Below the pieces are notes generated by a model, which was given only the letters and a program-made list of their open reading frames with translations, was not told where the DNA came from and did not search any database. From Vermamoeba vermiformis (Eukaryota), in the NCBI GenBank assembly GCA_045837725.1, contig JBEWZL010000209.1, positions 496,001-560,000 of the forward strand: a stretch of DNA of 64,000 nucleotides, read 5' to 3'. Below, one piece after another: positions 28,603-42,753 of the stretch (position 1 is the first letter of the stretch; each line of letters begins with the position of its first letter). Position numbers and translations under genes: made by a program.

Positions 28603-29573
28603 TTAGAACTGGATCGCAAGGATAACGACAACAATAAGAGCCAATATCAATATGCAAATGATGCCCCACATGCACTTGGTGGAGGACTTAATGCGCACTT
28701 GTTCGACGCGTCGTGTTGTGTTTTTAATGCGTGCTGTTGAGTTATCGACACGGGCTTCAATATCGTCCAAAAGACCTTAATAAATCGGTTAATATTGGTG
28801 CTTAATAAGGTGCATATGCTTATTCAATAAAAATAAGAAACGATCCGCTAGAAATTTAGACTTTTCGTCATAAAGTTGGATCGGATCTGCTGATCTCGGA
28901 ATTTGCAGTACTCTTGTATATTATTTCTATGATATACTATTATGGCATAGGATAGTGCTAGCCATCTATATTAATATGCCAGTCTATATAGAGACTACAC
29001 TTTTCGTTACAATCACTTACCAAGCTGTTCTTTGGTCTCCGTGCCAATGTCTCGCGCAATTTCTTTCTGTTTCTTCGCGCTGTTTAACAATAAGTCCAAT
29101 GAATCGTCTTGGTCTACAAATACAAAGAAATTAATATAAGTCTCACAGAATAGGATTTTTTTAATTAAAATAAGCAAGCCGATCTTGATCGACTTGTGTT
29201 CTCTTACACAACGACCGCAACTCAAAATTAACTTATTTATATTAAATTAATTATTGAGCACGTATAGTAATACGATTAGAGGGCTAACTGCATAAGAAAT
29301 TTACAAGCGGATTTCGAAAAATGGAAAACACAATTATTCAAATAAAACCGGTCTTTATATCCAATATTAATATTAATAATTAAATAATTACGCAAATTGT
29401 GCTAGTAACAAATATGTAAAATATACAGAGAGATTTTCTCGATAATTGTCATTATTGTGATATTTAATTTTATATTTACCTCTAATAACTCGTTGTCGAT
29501 CATCTAAGACCTGTCTGTTATCCATATTATTATATTGCTCTTTAGCAACTCCCCAACTTCGTCCAGTCGACAT
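28603..29573 (-). CDS. Qc-SNARE (syntaxin 8/6-like), spliced
   Basis: DQDDSLDLLLNSAKKQKEIARDIGTETKEQL/GLLDDIEARVD SNARE motif and a C-terminal TM (CMWGIICILILALIVVVILAIQF*). Confidence 0.85.
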
Positions 29574-29807
29574 TTTTCAAATCTGTTTTGTTGATCGATC
29601 AGTACTCGGACGATAAAAGCGAACTGTGCTATCGAATATTTTCTTATATATTAATTAAGAAAATATTACAGTGCTTACATTGTGTTCCTCTCGCGTGTCT
29701 AATTGAATTGAACGAGCGAGCAATTTTTTTTTTTTCAGGCGCTTCAGACCAACACCACAAGGCTTGTTATTACTTATTATTATTTGTAAATTATACTAGT
29801 ATAAATT

Positions 29808-31169
29808 ATGCGAGATTGGAAAGCTACTTCCGGAGATCAAAGTCTCGCGAGACTAGGAACAGTGGCGGCTTACTCTGCTGCAATTCTGGGCTACTGGTGC
29901 TTCACTTTGCCTGATGTATATTTATATGACTTGTACAGCGTATTATTATTGATTATGTGGACGACCCACTTCGCCAGGTAAGCCCAGATCAATTTTCTAG
30001 TTCCCAAATCTGACTTAGACAGAATTACAAAGTAAAATAGATTACTAGTCATAATAGAAAATATTTAGCACGAGCAACATTAATATTTTGTTTTTATTGG
30101 CAAGAAATTTTTTTCTACCTTTTGATCTTAGTTTGCACGTGATCTCGTATTACCAACTATGATCTGAACATCTACTCTATTAATAGGAGAATATACGAAA
30201 CAATTGCTACGCAAAAATTCACTCGTGCCAGCTCGACTTTCGAAGCACTCGGTGGATGCATTTACTACGGTCTCTTTGGCGCAGCCATTGGCTACCAAAA
30301 TAATAACTACTATCCTGAGAGTATTAAGATGTGGATTGGACTCGAGTTTTGGATTATTGGCGAGTACGGCAATTATTATCATCACCATTTGTTGGGCAGC
30401 TTGAGAAAGAACCAAAACGATAAAGCTGCGCAAGAAGTAAGCTATTAATACGATATTATTACGCGGTAACAACAATTATGTAGAGCTAATTATTATGAAT
30501 GAACAGAAAAAAGATAATGCTCAAGCTGGATCGCGATGGCAAATTCCTCAAGGAGGCTTATTCTCATTGGTCTCGTGTCCTCATTATTTCTTCGAAGTCG
30601 TTAGCTGGCTTGGCTTCGTAGTTGCCTCGGGATTTTCCATTTCAAGTACGTAACCAAAACTTTTAAATATTGATAATAATTCTAAGACACAAATTTAAAA
30701 AAAAAAACGACTGTCGGCAGGATTTACACCTGCATCCACTCGATTTACTAAACGAACAATGGTCACCAAATAGTTGAGCGCTCTATTATTGAGCTACGAC
30801 AGTCAATTTATCATTTCTTATTACTTCACTTTTATCTTACTTACTGAACAATCTTTGTACCGATTATGGGATTTGCATGCAAATATTATAATAATTTGAG
30901 AATTGAAATTCATTGTGGAGGCGTTTGCAGCCTCATTTAATTGCCTCTCATTATTGCAACTCTATTCAATACGCTTCATTTGATTGTAAATTCGAATAGG
31001 AGTCAACTAACGTTCATATTCAGGTATTTTATTCATGCTTGGCGGCGCGTACGTTATGTTCGGACTGGCGAAGGATAAGCATGAGATCTACAAGAAGACT
31101 TTCAACGGCGAGAATGGCATGCCTCTTTATCCGAAAGACCGCAAGATTGTTGTACCATTTGTTTATTAA
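29808..31169 (+). CDS. Steroid 5-alpha-reductase / enoyl-CoA reductase (TECR-like) family membrane protein, spliced; start approximate
   Basis: IPQGGLFSLVSCPHYFFEVVSWLGF and KHEIYKKTF...YPKDRKIVVPFVY*. Confidence 0.8.
30708..30804 (-). tRNA. Atypical intron-containing tRNA-like gene (identity unresolved), antisense within an intron
   Basis: GACTGTCG/CGACAGTC acceptor, GCTC/GAGC D stem, CTCAA/TCGAG anticodon stem with a ~23-nt insert, GCAGG/CCTGC T stem, then a T-run. The D loop lacks GG and the T loop is TGTAAAT. Confidence 0.7.
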
Positions 31170-31305
31170 TTAAAATTATCTTGATACCGTATTTGGCTCC
31201 TGTAATTTGCGGCCTATTTTGCCCGCCAACGAAACTCTGATTTTATTTGGAACTCGAAATTTATTTTTATTTGTTGTCTCAAGAGCACACATACAATAGT
31301 ATTAA

Positions 31306-32321
31306 ATGTCAATATTAATTGCAACTGCGGACGGTGCGCTGCATATTACTTTGTATACGGAGCAAGCACCCGCAACGTGCACTTATTTTCAAAGCCTGTG
31401 CAACTCGGATGTGTACGACGAGACTATTATTTCTAAAATTACCAAGGGTCTGTTAATTGAAATACCACCTGCTAACCAACAAACGTTGAACGGTAAGCTC
31501 AGATCTAATTTAAATTCAATTTCTAAATATTTAAAATTGATATTTGGACGTTCCTTTATCCAACAGTGTTAGCGGTCAACAACATATATTAAATTTAATT
31601 AAATTATTAATTTCTTTTAATATCAGTGCCCGTTGATCTCGATCAAAGCCAAACGTTAACGTAAGGGAATTTCAGCTCGGCAATTATGCTCTTATTAACG
31701 CGTAATATTTTTAGACTATCAAAAGCCGGTATTGTTGCTATTGACCAAAAAGGCAAGATAATTATCACCTTGGTAAGTCTTTGGAAATCTGGCGGTGTTA
31801 TTATTGGAGCTTTTCTTACGTGCTAACTACTATATGCAGGATACTTGCGAAGCGCTAGGCAAAAAATGCTTTATTTTCGGCGAAGTAAGTGATTAAATTC
31901 TGGATTTGCAAAGTTTTGTTTGTATGTCTGACGCACGACACGTAGGTCGTCGAAAAAGATTTAGAGTTGTTAAAATCCATCTCGAATATTGAAGTGGACG
32001 ATACAGACGTTCCTATTAATCCCTGCACCATTTTCTGCATCAAAGCGTGCGCACCGCATCCAGTCGCAGTGACACCTCCCCAGCAATCTCCACTAAAATC
32101 ACAAAATTCAACGCCTATCAAAACACCAATTATAGTGCCGTCTACTAAGAAAAGGTACGATTTCAACTATATAAATAATACTACAACTCGAAAGCAAATT
32201 CGACAGATCCCGATCCGACTTCGTTGGATCCTCAAACTTTAAATCGACGAGATTCCGCGTTATATATGTATATTTTTAACTATGAATAGGCGAAGATGCG
32301 GAAACTCTGTTCAATCAATAA
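31306..32321 (+). CDS. Divergent cyclophilin-like protein, spliced
   Basis: ILIATADGALHITLYTEQAPATCTYFQSLCNSDVYD and ALFFGEVVEKDLELLKSI resemble the cyclophilin fold, but catalytic residues look degenerate. Confidence 0.65.
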
Positions 32322-32459
32322 TGCAGACCTTTCTAAATGACTATATTTATTGGTTCACCTTAAAATTTTATCCAACCAAAAAATCAAATAGCAAATTTAT
32401 TGATAAGTGCGTTAACAACAATATATTAAAGTGCCGTTATAGTACTATACTAAATTGAT

Positions 32460-33939
32460 ATGTATTGTAGAAAGAGGGAAGAAGAGTTCCCGTTGAAGCC
32501 AAATGTTCGACCAAGATTGACCGAGCAACAGTCTTCGGTGCACGGAAGATTAGGACTTGATAAGCCCGATTTTATTAGACAGCCTAGCGTTATACCCGAT
32601 TCATCGCACTCATTACGCAATGCTCTGTTGGATAAGGTATGTGCGACCAGATCTCAAAAAAAATTCTCGTGTCACTGCTTGACAACATTATTTTGTATTC
32701 ATATTTAATGTGCGTGTAGAGAGGAGGATTGAGCCGTGCAGTATCAACTCCCAACTTGCGAGCAATGAACATCCCGCCAAAATACCCTGCACGCTTAGTG
32801 ATCATTCGTCACGGCGAAAGTGAGCAGAACGCTGCATTAGATTTGAAGCCCGAGTTGCTGGATATTGATAAAGTTGCTGCTATTCGTGACGCGGACATCA
32901 AGTTGACCGAGAAAGGCACGTGGCAAGCCAAACTGACTGGGCAACATTTGGCCAAGACCGACAAGTACGTATAACAGATTGATTGGTTACAATGATATAT
33001 CTGCATTAAGGGTGCCTTCTAATATAATTTAATTGTACTAATAGGTTTGACATTTGTTTCTGCTCGCCGTATTTACGAACCAAACAGACAGCTGAAAACA
33101 TCGTCAGTCAGTTCAATTACCCGCTGAAAATATATCCCGACAACAGATTAAGGTACATAACAACAAGCTTATTAAGATATTTTTTATTTACCAATACGTT
33201 TTTGTAAAGAGAAAAAGAGTTTGGTCGGTTACACGGACTACTCGCGAAAGATGTCAAAGAGCGCTTCCCTGTTGAATTTGCAGCAAGAGAACGCGATGGA
33301 AAGTACTGGTACAGATTCCCTGGCGGCGAAAACTATCCTGGTAAGTTAATAGAGCCATGTTATAATATTGAGTAGGATAGTACTAATGACGCTGATAGAT
33401 GTTGAAATGCGCATCAGTTCATTTATTGAACGTGCTTCGAGACAGTACGCTGGTCGATCGATTTTAATTGTCACTCACCAAGGTAATAATCTTGGTTAAC
33501 AATAGCACTATTACCTTATACTAATGCGGTTGTATTGTAGTGCCGTTTAAACTCTTCCGCGCTATTTTTTCACACTTAGACGGTAAGTACAATTCTTATT
33601 ATTACTACATAATGAGTTTTTTCAGCTGTATTATAAATAATTGATAGTTTCTAACTTTCTGTCGGTTTAGAGGACGGAGTACTTGGCCTCGAAGAAGTGA
33701 AAAATTGTGCGATCCAAGAGTACGTTATTGACCGCAACAAGTTCCCTGAAGGCAAAATGAAGTTAAAGACCTTTAATTTCGTGTCGTATGACAATAAGGC
33801 CATTGAAAATATGTTGACCAAGGCGAAAGAAGAGGAACTGTTGTCGGAAGTGAATAACAATAATGGTAATTCGGTCAATAATAGCACGGAAGATATAACT
33901 ATGGAGCAAACTCAAATTATTATTGATAGCAGTCAATAA
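32460..33939 (+). CDS. Histidine phosphatase / phosphoglycerate mutase family protein, spliced; start approximate
   Basis: LVIIRHGESEQN, CSPYLRTKQT, REKEFG, FPGGENYPDV, ILIVTHQ. Confidence 0.88.
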
Positions 33940-34114
33940 ATAAATAATAATAAGCAAAACCAGAAACAAAAATTTTAGATCGAACGTTAAATTTCTTTTT
34001 CATCGCTGCTGATGACCAAATCTTGACCGAAAATATTATTTTCTTGATTAATTAGCGTATTAATGGTGTAACATAAGTTCCTGATCGCGTAGCTCACCAA
34101 CAAAGGAGATCGAG

Positions 34115-36793
34115 ATGGAGTATTTTGATAACTGCTTGGGAAATGACGCAAGCTATCTAGATTATTTAATTGCGACCCAAAATGGATGGAATTTACTAGG
34201 TAATGAATATTTGTATTAAATTAATTGTAAAAATAGTAAAATTAATTTTTTGTGCAGGTTATTTAGCTAGTAGAGAAAAATATATAAGAGCATTTCAAGC
34301 GTTGGAGCATAAAGAAATTATTAGTATAAAAATTGGTAGCATTCCAGGTGAGAAAAGAGAGGGAGAACTTATTAATCGTGACACATCTGACTTAAAACTT
34401 GCTTAGATAGGCCAATTTATGATTCTTCTTTGCTAAAAGACGAAGATATATTTATTTTAGCTAGAAGTTTGCAATCGAAGACTTCCTTGAAGCAAATCCA
34501 TCTTCACCGTAAGATCTGTTACATACTTTTCTCGCATTATTGACTTTCAATATTGTAAGGTTTTCCTAGCAATGCCGATCGTGGAATGTGCGCATTATTC
34601 GAATCTCTATCGAGCTGTTCTTTAGTAAACCTAACACTGAGTAGGTTTAATTTTTGCAAGCCTTGTTATCATCGACTAACGCATATTTCAGCTCAATTTG
34701 AACTTTCTCCGGTAGTATTCGAGTCATTTTTGAATATTTTAAGACAATGTACATCGTTGCAAGAGTTGAAATTGATGAATATGGGACTCACCGATGAGAG
34801 GATTGAGAGAATGATAGAGGCATTAGAACACAACGAAGAATTATCAACGCTTGATTTAGGTATTTAAATTTTAAATATTAAATTCATTATAATTTAAATT
34901 AACGATTTTTCAGATTACAACCACGGATGCACTTTAGCGAGTGCGCTCAAAATTGCTGATTTCATTAAAAAGCGAAAGAAAGAAATGCGCTTGGAACTTC
35001 CAGAAGTATTAAATGTAGACGAGACCAAAGAATTCTTTGCAAGATTAGGAGATAGCACGAATTTGATATCATTTTACGATTTTGCCTCGGCGTTTACTGA
35101 AGGCACGCAAATTATCAGCCGAAATTATGAACTTTGGCGAGCAAAAATAGACGCAGAAAAAAAAGCAGTTCAAAAGCAAACGGAAGAGTTTAAATCTTTG
35201 CTCGTAAAGTTTGAAGTCAAAAATGACAGCGATATTTGCAGCCTAATTACAATGCCAGAAGAAATATTGAAGACGATATTATACCAAATAGATCTCAAAT
35301 CGATCATACAGTTCAGAATAACCAACAAATTTTTCAACGAAATGCTTCGAAAATCAAAATTTTGGCGAGATTATTATTTAACGTATTTTGCGGTCATTCC
35401 AAAAGACGTATTAGAAATAACAGATTACACATATGGTCTTCAATTATTAGAACACGAACAGCCCACAATAGCAACACCGTCATTCTGGGAATTAATTTTC
35501 CGTTATTCAATGTTACTTCGACCAATCTCAACGCGTGAATTTCCGTGCAATATCAATAGAGAGAAGAGTTTGGTGCTCGAGAAACTTTATCGAAATTTCC
35601 CGCAGATGATCGGAACTGGCGAGGGATGCAATGGAAAATTTGAAAACTTACCGCCAAACCAATACTTTCCAACAAAAAAATCACCGTACAGTCAATATTG
35701 GTTCTTAGTATTATCAAGTGGTCATGCTATTTATCACCTTGGATTCGAACAAGACGGCGATAACTTATTTAACGCGATACTCCTCTTGACGGAAGATTTT
35801 TCATCTGGCTGGGAAGATCGATTCAAATATTTGCAGTATGTCTTTGAATGGACGACAGCAAACAACGCAGAAGAATTCGAAGAAAAAATCAAACCGATCG
35901 TAGAAATATTTTTGAACGCGAGATTGAGTTTCAAAGGAGGACCTACTTGTCGAATAGATCACAAAAATGACCCGCTTTTTGAGAAAATATTAAAAGGCGT
36001 CATTAATAATCGAAAGGAATTGATAGAATCGTTAAATAGCAAATTAAACGAGGTTGCAAAAAGAAGTTGTGCGGATCTGGGCATCAATTTCAAGAACGTT
36101 CATCAAGTTCATCAAATAATAGAAAAATTCAAGAATATGATAGAACAACAACAAATACATTCATCAGAATACGCAAAATTGAAACAGCGAATATCTCCTC
36201 GCTCAAACTTTTACAGCAAGTATCGCAGCCAACACGGACCATTCGTATTTAGTTTTCAAAAGCACGAGTTTATACCATACTCAGCGCAAAGAGATTTAAA
36301 ACTTCCGTGCGATTCTAATTCGAAGAAAAAAAGACATCCCAAAAAGATCCACGGTCAAGTCGCCTTCATAACATTTTACCGTATGATGATCAACTTCATC
36401 GTGATGCCTATTCTCGAAGGACTATGGATGAATAGTAGAAAAGACCCTGATTTTCTACATGAACCGCATTATCAAACTCTACCGCTCAGGTCACTCTACA
36501 CGAAGCTTTTCGCGGATGTCACTTTGGCACGTTTCAATGACGTGTCAGTACGTCATGCGCACCCAAGCAATTGGCCAATCACAGCACTCGCCGTTGCAAA
36601 TAGAATTATGGAACCGCTAGTATTGGCACTACACGCTGTTGTCTCATCAGTCCTATCAAAGTCAGAGTCGCAGATCCGTCAAAAGCAAGAGCTGATCCAA
36701 CAGTTCCAGCAACAACTCAACTTATTTAACGAATTATTGTCACAAAAACATATTGATGCAATAATGGGGTTGCTGCAAAGCTTCGAATTTTAG
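34115..36793 (+). CDS. LRR (RNI-like) plus F-box protein, spliced
   Basis: LQELKLMNMGLTDE...LSTLDL repeats; F-box LITMPEEILKTILYQIDLKSIIQFRITNKFF in the 602-aa terminal ORF. Confidence 0.65.
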
Positions 36794-36926
36794 AGCTGTC
36801 CGTTCGAATGGTTGCGCGAGCACTGGAAGAAATCGTTTGACGCAGTATGTGAAACTAAATTATGTTTTTTAAAACTAGAATTATCTTCCTATTTTATGAG
36901 TACTTTTCAAGAGCACCGTACAGTAG

Positions 36927-38695
36927 CTACATCGTAAAAGCTAATACAAGGCCAAGCCAGAAACTTCCGTGGACCAGACAGGCAGCGATTGATGTCACAG
37001 GTGTGCCAAGGTTTGGATTGCCAGTGCTTGGCTGTTGCGCCTGACTCTGCGGCACTTGCGGTACGGTAAATGATGCGCCACCAGTGACGTTAGCGCGTGG
37101 TTGAAACTGATTGACAATAGCTGCACGAAGCACTGCTGGATCTATTTCGTAGATCTGGATCTGTGGCAATTGCCAGTAACTGACACCATTAGGGTCTGTG
37201 GCATCGCTATCTACTGCTCGTCTCGGGAAATTTCCCGTGAAGAAATATTCCGGCCGTTCGGTTTCAAGCGCGCCAGGGAACCCAGTCATGACTTGATCCG
37301 CGACGGTTGAAGGCAACGTTCCAATTGAAGGACGCATTATATTATAGCCAGATCTATATTCACCAGTGCCGTAGAAGTATTGGGTAGCAGCCGCGCCGTC
37401 AGAGCTAGTTAAGACTCTCGGTGTCACTGGTTGCACGCCAGCCGTGTTGAACCACACATCAGTCGAGGTCAGGGGATTTCCAGCTTGCACGAAGAAACCG
37501 TTCGTAGAGCATATGTTGTTGAAGAGGCCGCCCTTAATAGCTTCAGTACCGAATACGGTATAAATAAGCATGTTCGTGGCCGGGACAGTGGTCTGATTGA
37601 ACTGGTTGACGGTATGGTGAAGTTGAGATCCGGTGACAAGACAATCTTCAATCCAATAGTTGATCGTTCCATAGTGGTCTGGAGGTCCATATGGCATCAC
37701 TTGGAAGAAGTCCATGTGCGTGCCTAACGCCGGATCCAGATCCATTGCACCTCGATGTAATTCTTGGTGAATATAGATGAACGAGTCATTGGTCGGGAGC
37801 TTGTCGTATCCATTTTCTCCATCAGCACTGACCTGGGAGGTGCTGAAAGGATTGTTCGTAGACTCGCCATAGTCATTGCCATAAAACTCCGAAACGAGAG
37901 CTTTAGCGATGTACCAGCCTCGGTTAGTTCCGCGCAAAGTGTTTCTTCTAGCCACGAAACTCCATGCCAGGTTGCAACGAAGGATCCAAGGCCATTTCTG
38001 GTACTCTGAAGGTGCTTGTCCTTTGAAAATTCCGCCGAATCTGTTGTCCTCGAAAATGAATCTGCCAGGAGAAACGCCTTCAGGCAGTTGATAGCCAGAA
38101 GTGCTTCTTATTTCAAAAATGTAGACGTTTGAGCCATCAATTTCAGCCGTCCAAGTGAAAGTCAGATTGCGGAAGACTATCCGATCTCCACTAAGCTGGA
38201 TTTGAGCATCGATGATCGGATTGTGTCCTTCATCAGGCTCTATAACAAGGCCACCGCCTTCGCCAAACGAGGGCCCTCTTCTATTTCCAGCTCCAATGCC
38301 AATGGAAGTGCTCCAAGCTCCGTTCTGGATTCTAATGCGGTTGTATTTGTTTGGAAACCTTGAGGCAGCGTCGTACATCGCGTCAGATAATGCGCTAATG
38401 TTGTTGATAGCAACGTCTGAGCCACCATTGCCAATGTAATCGTATCCTGCTTGCGGGAGGTCCTCCGGATCCCATTTGTATTGTGCAACGGTATTAAGAA
38501 TAGTGTTGCGGATCTGTTGTTGTTGCTCAGGCAAGCGACTAGGATCTCCGTATGGAAACCTAAATAATGGAGTTCGTTTAGCAATTAGCTGGGCCAAATC
38601 TTACAAAACAATGCTTACTCCAACGAACTCCCTGCTAACGCTGGTTGAATCAAGCAAAAGACAGCTAATAACGATAAGAATATTAGACAACGCAT
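36927..38695 (-). CDS. Secreted, probably GPI-anchored surface protein with parallel beta-helix-like region
   Basis: Exon 1 encodes signal peptide MRCLIFLSLLAVFCLIQPALA and splices in frame to FPYGDP.... Beta-helix-like segments include IVFRNLTF, FIFEDNRF and VARRNTL. A Q/P/T-rich linker precedes a hydrophobic C-terminal tail. Confidence 0.7.
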
Positions 38696-39655
38696 TGTAG
38701 CCTCTATCGTTGATGATATTTTAATGAAATGAAAGATTTCCTAAACGAAAATTTATACCTGCCACCGAATCTTGATCAAATTGCGCTGACACTTGACAAA
38801 ATCGCTAATTGGAAGTACTGTCATATTAACGAATATACTTAACTTGACTACTAGGTTATACTTGACACTTACTATGACGCTTTAAATGTACCACTAATGG
38901 AGAGCTCATTTGTGCACAGTATGTTTACTCGCGGATCCTGTCACAGCTAGCCAACAACAAGATAACGTTAGAACTATTCTTATATTTGACTATGGCAAGT
39001 ACGTAGAATAAAAGATACGGAAATACCGCCCTAGGGGACCGGACATAACCGGTAGTTCGAGTTACAATCTTTGCAGCTAGATCTTCACTTGAATCCGTGG
39101 TCAAAATATGCAAAAGCAAGGCAAATTCGTAAGAAACTTTATTGTTTCTCGCTCGAGCAAATCACTAGTGCCATAACGGTGCCCTGCGACAATCAACCTG
39201 TACAGGTAGGATGAGGATTCATCTGCATACTTTAATCTTGTTGCCAGTCATCTGGGTTAAACTTGTTATGAATGAGCCCTTCTCGTCCAATTTACTTGTT
39301 CCAGTCCTTGTTGCGCGAGAACAAATTGAACGCGGAAATTAAAAGTTTTGTTCTTAACGATTTAGCTTTGGAAACCACAATAAGGTAAATAAATAGATCG
39401 TCAAAATAGGCGATTAATTCTTTCATTCGCTTCAGGCGCCAACCGGTAATAGTCTTCGAATTGTTACTAGATGTCTACTGCCGTTGAGGTAATTGCGTTT
39501 CCTATATCAAAATAAAATATTCAATATTGATACTATCGATACAATATCATTCAGGAGAAATTTAGTTAGAGTAAAAATTTATTTAAAAATAGAAATTAAT
39601 TTAAAAATCTCTATTCACCAATATTAATCGTTCGTCATATCAACAGTCCTTGTAT

Positions 39656-41462
39656 ATGTATATTCCCGTGGAAATATGGGAATATATATTGAAAACTCAC
39701 AGCCTTTACGATTTGATCTTGCTACGATCGGTTAGCAAATACTTACACGAAGTATGCAAGTGCATTATTCGCAAAGAAGACGAAGAATTATTCGATCCAG
39801 AAGATTGCTTAGAATATTTTGCAAAAAATGGATTCAGTTCATGTCTTGTTTGGGCCCGCCAGATCAGCTATACGTGGACTTCGAGTCTTTGTGCAACAGC
39901 CGCTAAATACAATCACTTCGATACATTAAAAATATTGCGTGCTAATGGATGTGATTGGAATGCAGAGGTTTGTGAGCACGCAGCAGCTAATGGAAATTTA
40001 GAAATTTTAAAATGGGCTCACGAAAACGGATGTAAGTTCACTCAATAACTTAACATCGGAATTTAATACCATAATTAATGATCAGTTTTTATATTATACT
40101 GAATGGCGAATTAAGAATTTTCAGAAAAGTCTGAACAAAAAAATTTTTTGCCCAGGTCAATGGTCGAGCGACACGTGTTTGGCAGCCGCTAGAGCCGGGC
40201 AACTCGAATGCTTAAAATATTTGATTGATAAAAAAATCAATTTCTCAGGGAGAAATGCAGATTTAGTATCGACACAACTAGAGATGATCAAATATTTAAT
40301 GGACAATTCGTTCAAATTTAATGTCCAGCAAACCTACTTAAGAGCAGCTAAAGAAGGCAAATTGGACGTTATTAAATACATGCATAAGAACGGCATTGCT
40401 ATGTCTGAGCACTTGCTATCATCAGCCATAGAATTTGGATCCATCGAATTCGTCGAAGAGATCCGAGCGCTACCCAACCTGCCAGTACAATCAATGCACT
40501 TTTTACTTGAAAGAGTTAATGGAAATTTACCGATGGTGAAGTACATTGTTGAGGAGCTTAGAATTAATCCGAATTTGGACTCAGCTGCTCGGCTTGGATC
40601 ACTCGAAGTATTCAAATATCTTCACGAACAGCACCAGATACCAATCTCACCTTACACTTTTAAAGAAGCCGTGTCGAATGGTCACTTTGAATTGGTCAAA
40701 TATCTCGCGGACCGTAATGCACTAGTAATTGATGACGAGCTTTGTTTGCTTGCTGCAAGAACTGGCAACGTGGATCTGCTCAAATACCTTCATGAACGAG
40801 GATGTCCATTGAAACACGGCCCTCAGTTGAATATTTATACTGCCGCCGTATTGGCCAATAGCGTTGCGTGCATGAAGTATGCTGCCGAGAACGGATGCCC
40901 TTTGCCAGTAGCTTCTCACATGATTTGCCGTGCAGCTGTGGAAAACAACGCGTTAGATTGCTTAAAATACGCGCGAGAAATTGGATGCGAATGGAACGCG
41001 AGCGATTCAGTGCTTGGATTGTGTTACATTGCGATGACAGTTGGACACTTTGACATGTTCAAGTACCTCCATCAAAACGGCTGTGCACTGAACCAAGATT
41101 TTTGCATCCAAGCAGCTCGGTCAGGACGATTAGCATTCATGAAATACGCCAGAAAGTTCGTTCGTTGGGATGAAAAAGTTTGCGTGGCAGCTGCATCCAG
41201 TTTCTCAGTGACATGCTTGAAGTACGCACACAGCACTGGACTAAAATTAACTCCGGATGTCATTCGTGAAGCAGTCACGTGTTCGAGTATGGAATGCTTG
41301 AAGTACGCGGTCGAAAACGGATGTGAATGGCCGAGCGACATTTGGGCTTTGGCTGAAGACGCGGACTCTATTGCCATGTACATGTATATTACAGCGCATT
41401 GTCCGATACCCCAGAAGAAAATTGCAAAGAAAAAGAAGAAGACTCGCCCCCCTGTTTCGTAG
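39656..41462 (+). CDS. F-box plus ankyrin-repeat protein (CLKYAxENGC type), two exons
   Basis: IPVEIWEYILK...LRSVSKYL F-box; repeats AAxNGNLEILKWAHENGC; basic NLS-like tail KKKKKTRPP. Confidence 0.87.
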
Positions 41463-41801
41463 TTACGAGGTTAAAATAAGTGTTTCAAACACTTCTTGTG
41501 ACCGATAGCGAGACCATAAACGTTGGTTGATTGTATATTTATTATTATTCAACAAGTATTTACAAGCGTTAAAGCAAGGTAAGCGGATGAGCCGCGATCC
41601 AATTACCCTTTCAGACTCGCTATTACTAATTAATTCCAAATTTTTTTCTGCTAATATTAAATAAGCTTTTTGAAATATTCACCCAGTAATTGTATTTTTA
41701 GTTAGCTCCTATTTTTTAAAAAATTAATTTAATTTAATTATTTTACGTTCAGATCTCTTTCTCTCCCTTCTCCTGCAGTGATTGCAACATAAAGAATAAT
41801 A

Positions 41802-42753
41802 ATGTCACATAAACACTCGCATGACCACGAGCACAAACATGGCCACGGACACCAATGCGATTGTTCTCAGCCAGCTCCAATGAGTCAAACACTCGATGAA
41901 TTAGAATTTGAACGAGGGCTGTGGGGTGCAGCGCGTGATGGCAATGACGAGCGTGTTGAGCAGTTGTTAAATCAGGTGCGTACTTTCTTATCCTACGATC
42001 TGAATTATTTGGTCTTTGCCATTAGTGCAGAGACCATTGTTAAATAACATTAATTAATAATTACTTGTAACTAGCAATTTTTCTTGAATTAATTCATCTT
42101 TAGAAGAAAGATCCGAACATGCGAGATCCGAGTGGTTACACCGCTTTGATATATGCAGCACGCGCAGGCTCGCTAAAAGTAAGTATTAAAACAGACATTA
42201 GCCGTCGTTGTCTATCATACAACTAAGTATTAACCAAGCACGTCATATTAGTGTTGTAAATTATTGCTTCAAAGTGGTGCCAATCCGAATATTGTAACGG
42301 ACTCGGGAAGGGTATGTATCAATCTTTTTAGCTTTGATTTGTTATAACATTAATAACGTGATGCATATTAACATATTAATAGGCTTCGCCGCTGCATCGA
42401 GCAGCATATTGCGGGCACAAACAAGTAGTCGAAATTTTGATTCAATACAAGGCTGATGTGAATATAGCGGATGATGATGGTTGTACTCCATTACATAAGG
42501 TAATGAAAGCGAATAATACTTTATCCCGGAATATAGGCTGGCTGAATCAGCGGATGGAGTCACATCTGTCTCAAGACTGACTGACTTCGACTAACAATCT
42601 TATATTAGGCTGCTCAACAAGGGCATTTATCAACAGTCGAGTCTCTACTATCGCAGGGAGCGAAGAAAGAGCTGCAGGACAAGAAAGGAAAAACAGCAGC
42701 TAGATCTGGCTAAAGAACGTGGTCATCAACAAATAGAGCGTGTTCTGTTGTAA
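41802..42753 (+). CDS. ANKRD39: Ankyrin repeat protein 39-like, spliced
   Basis: QTLDELEFERGLWGAARDG, DPSGYTALIYAARAG, PLHRAAYCGH, TPLHKAAQQGH. Confidence 0.8.

Noticed and set aside
38880-39400. GC-richer intergenic stretch with a 64-aa ORF
   Set aside because: I could not build a consistent spliced model, family motif or convincing RNA structure.
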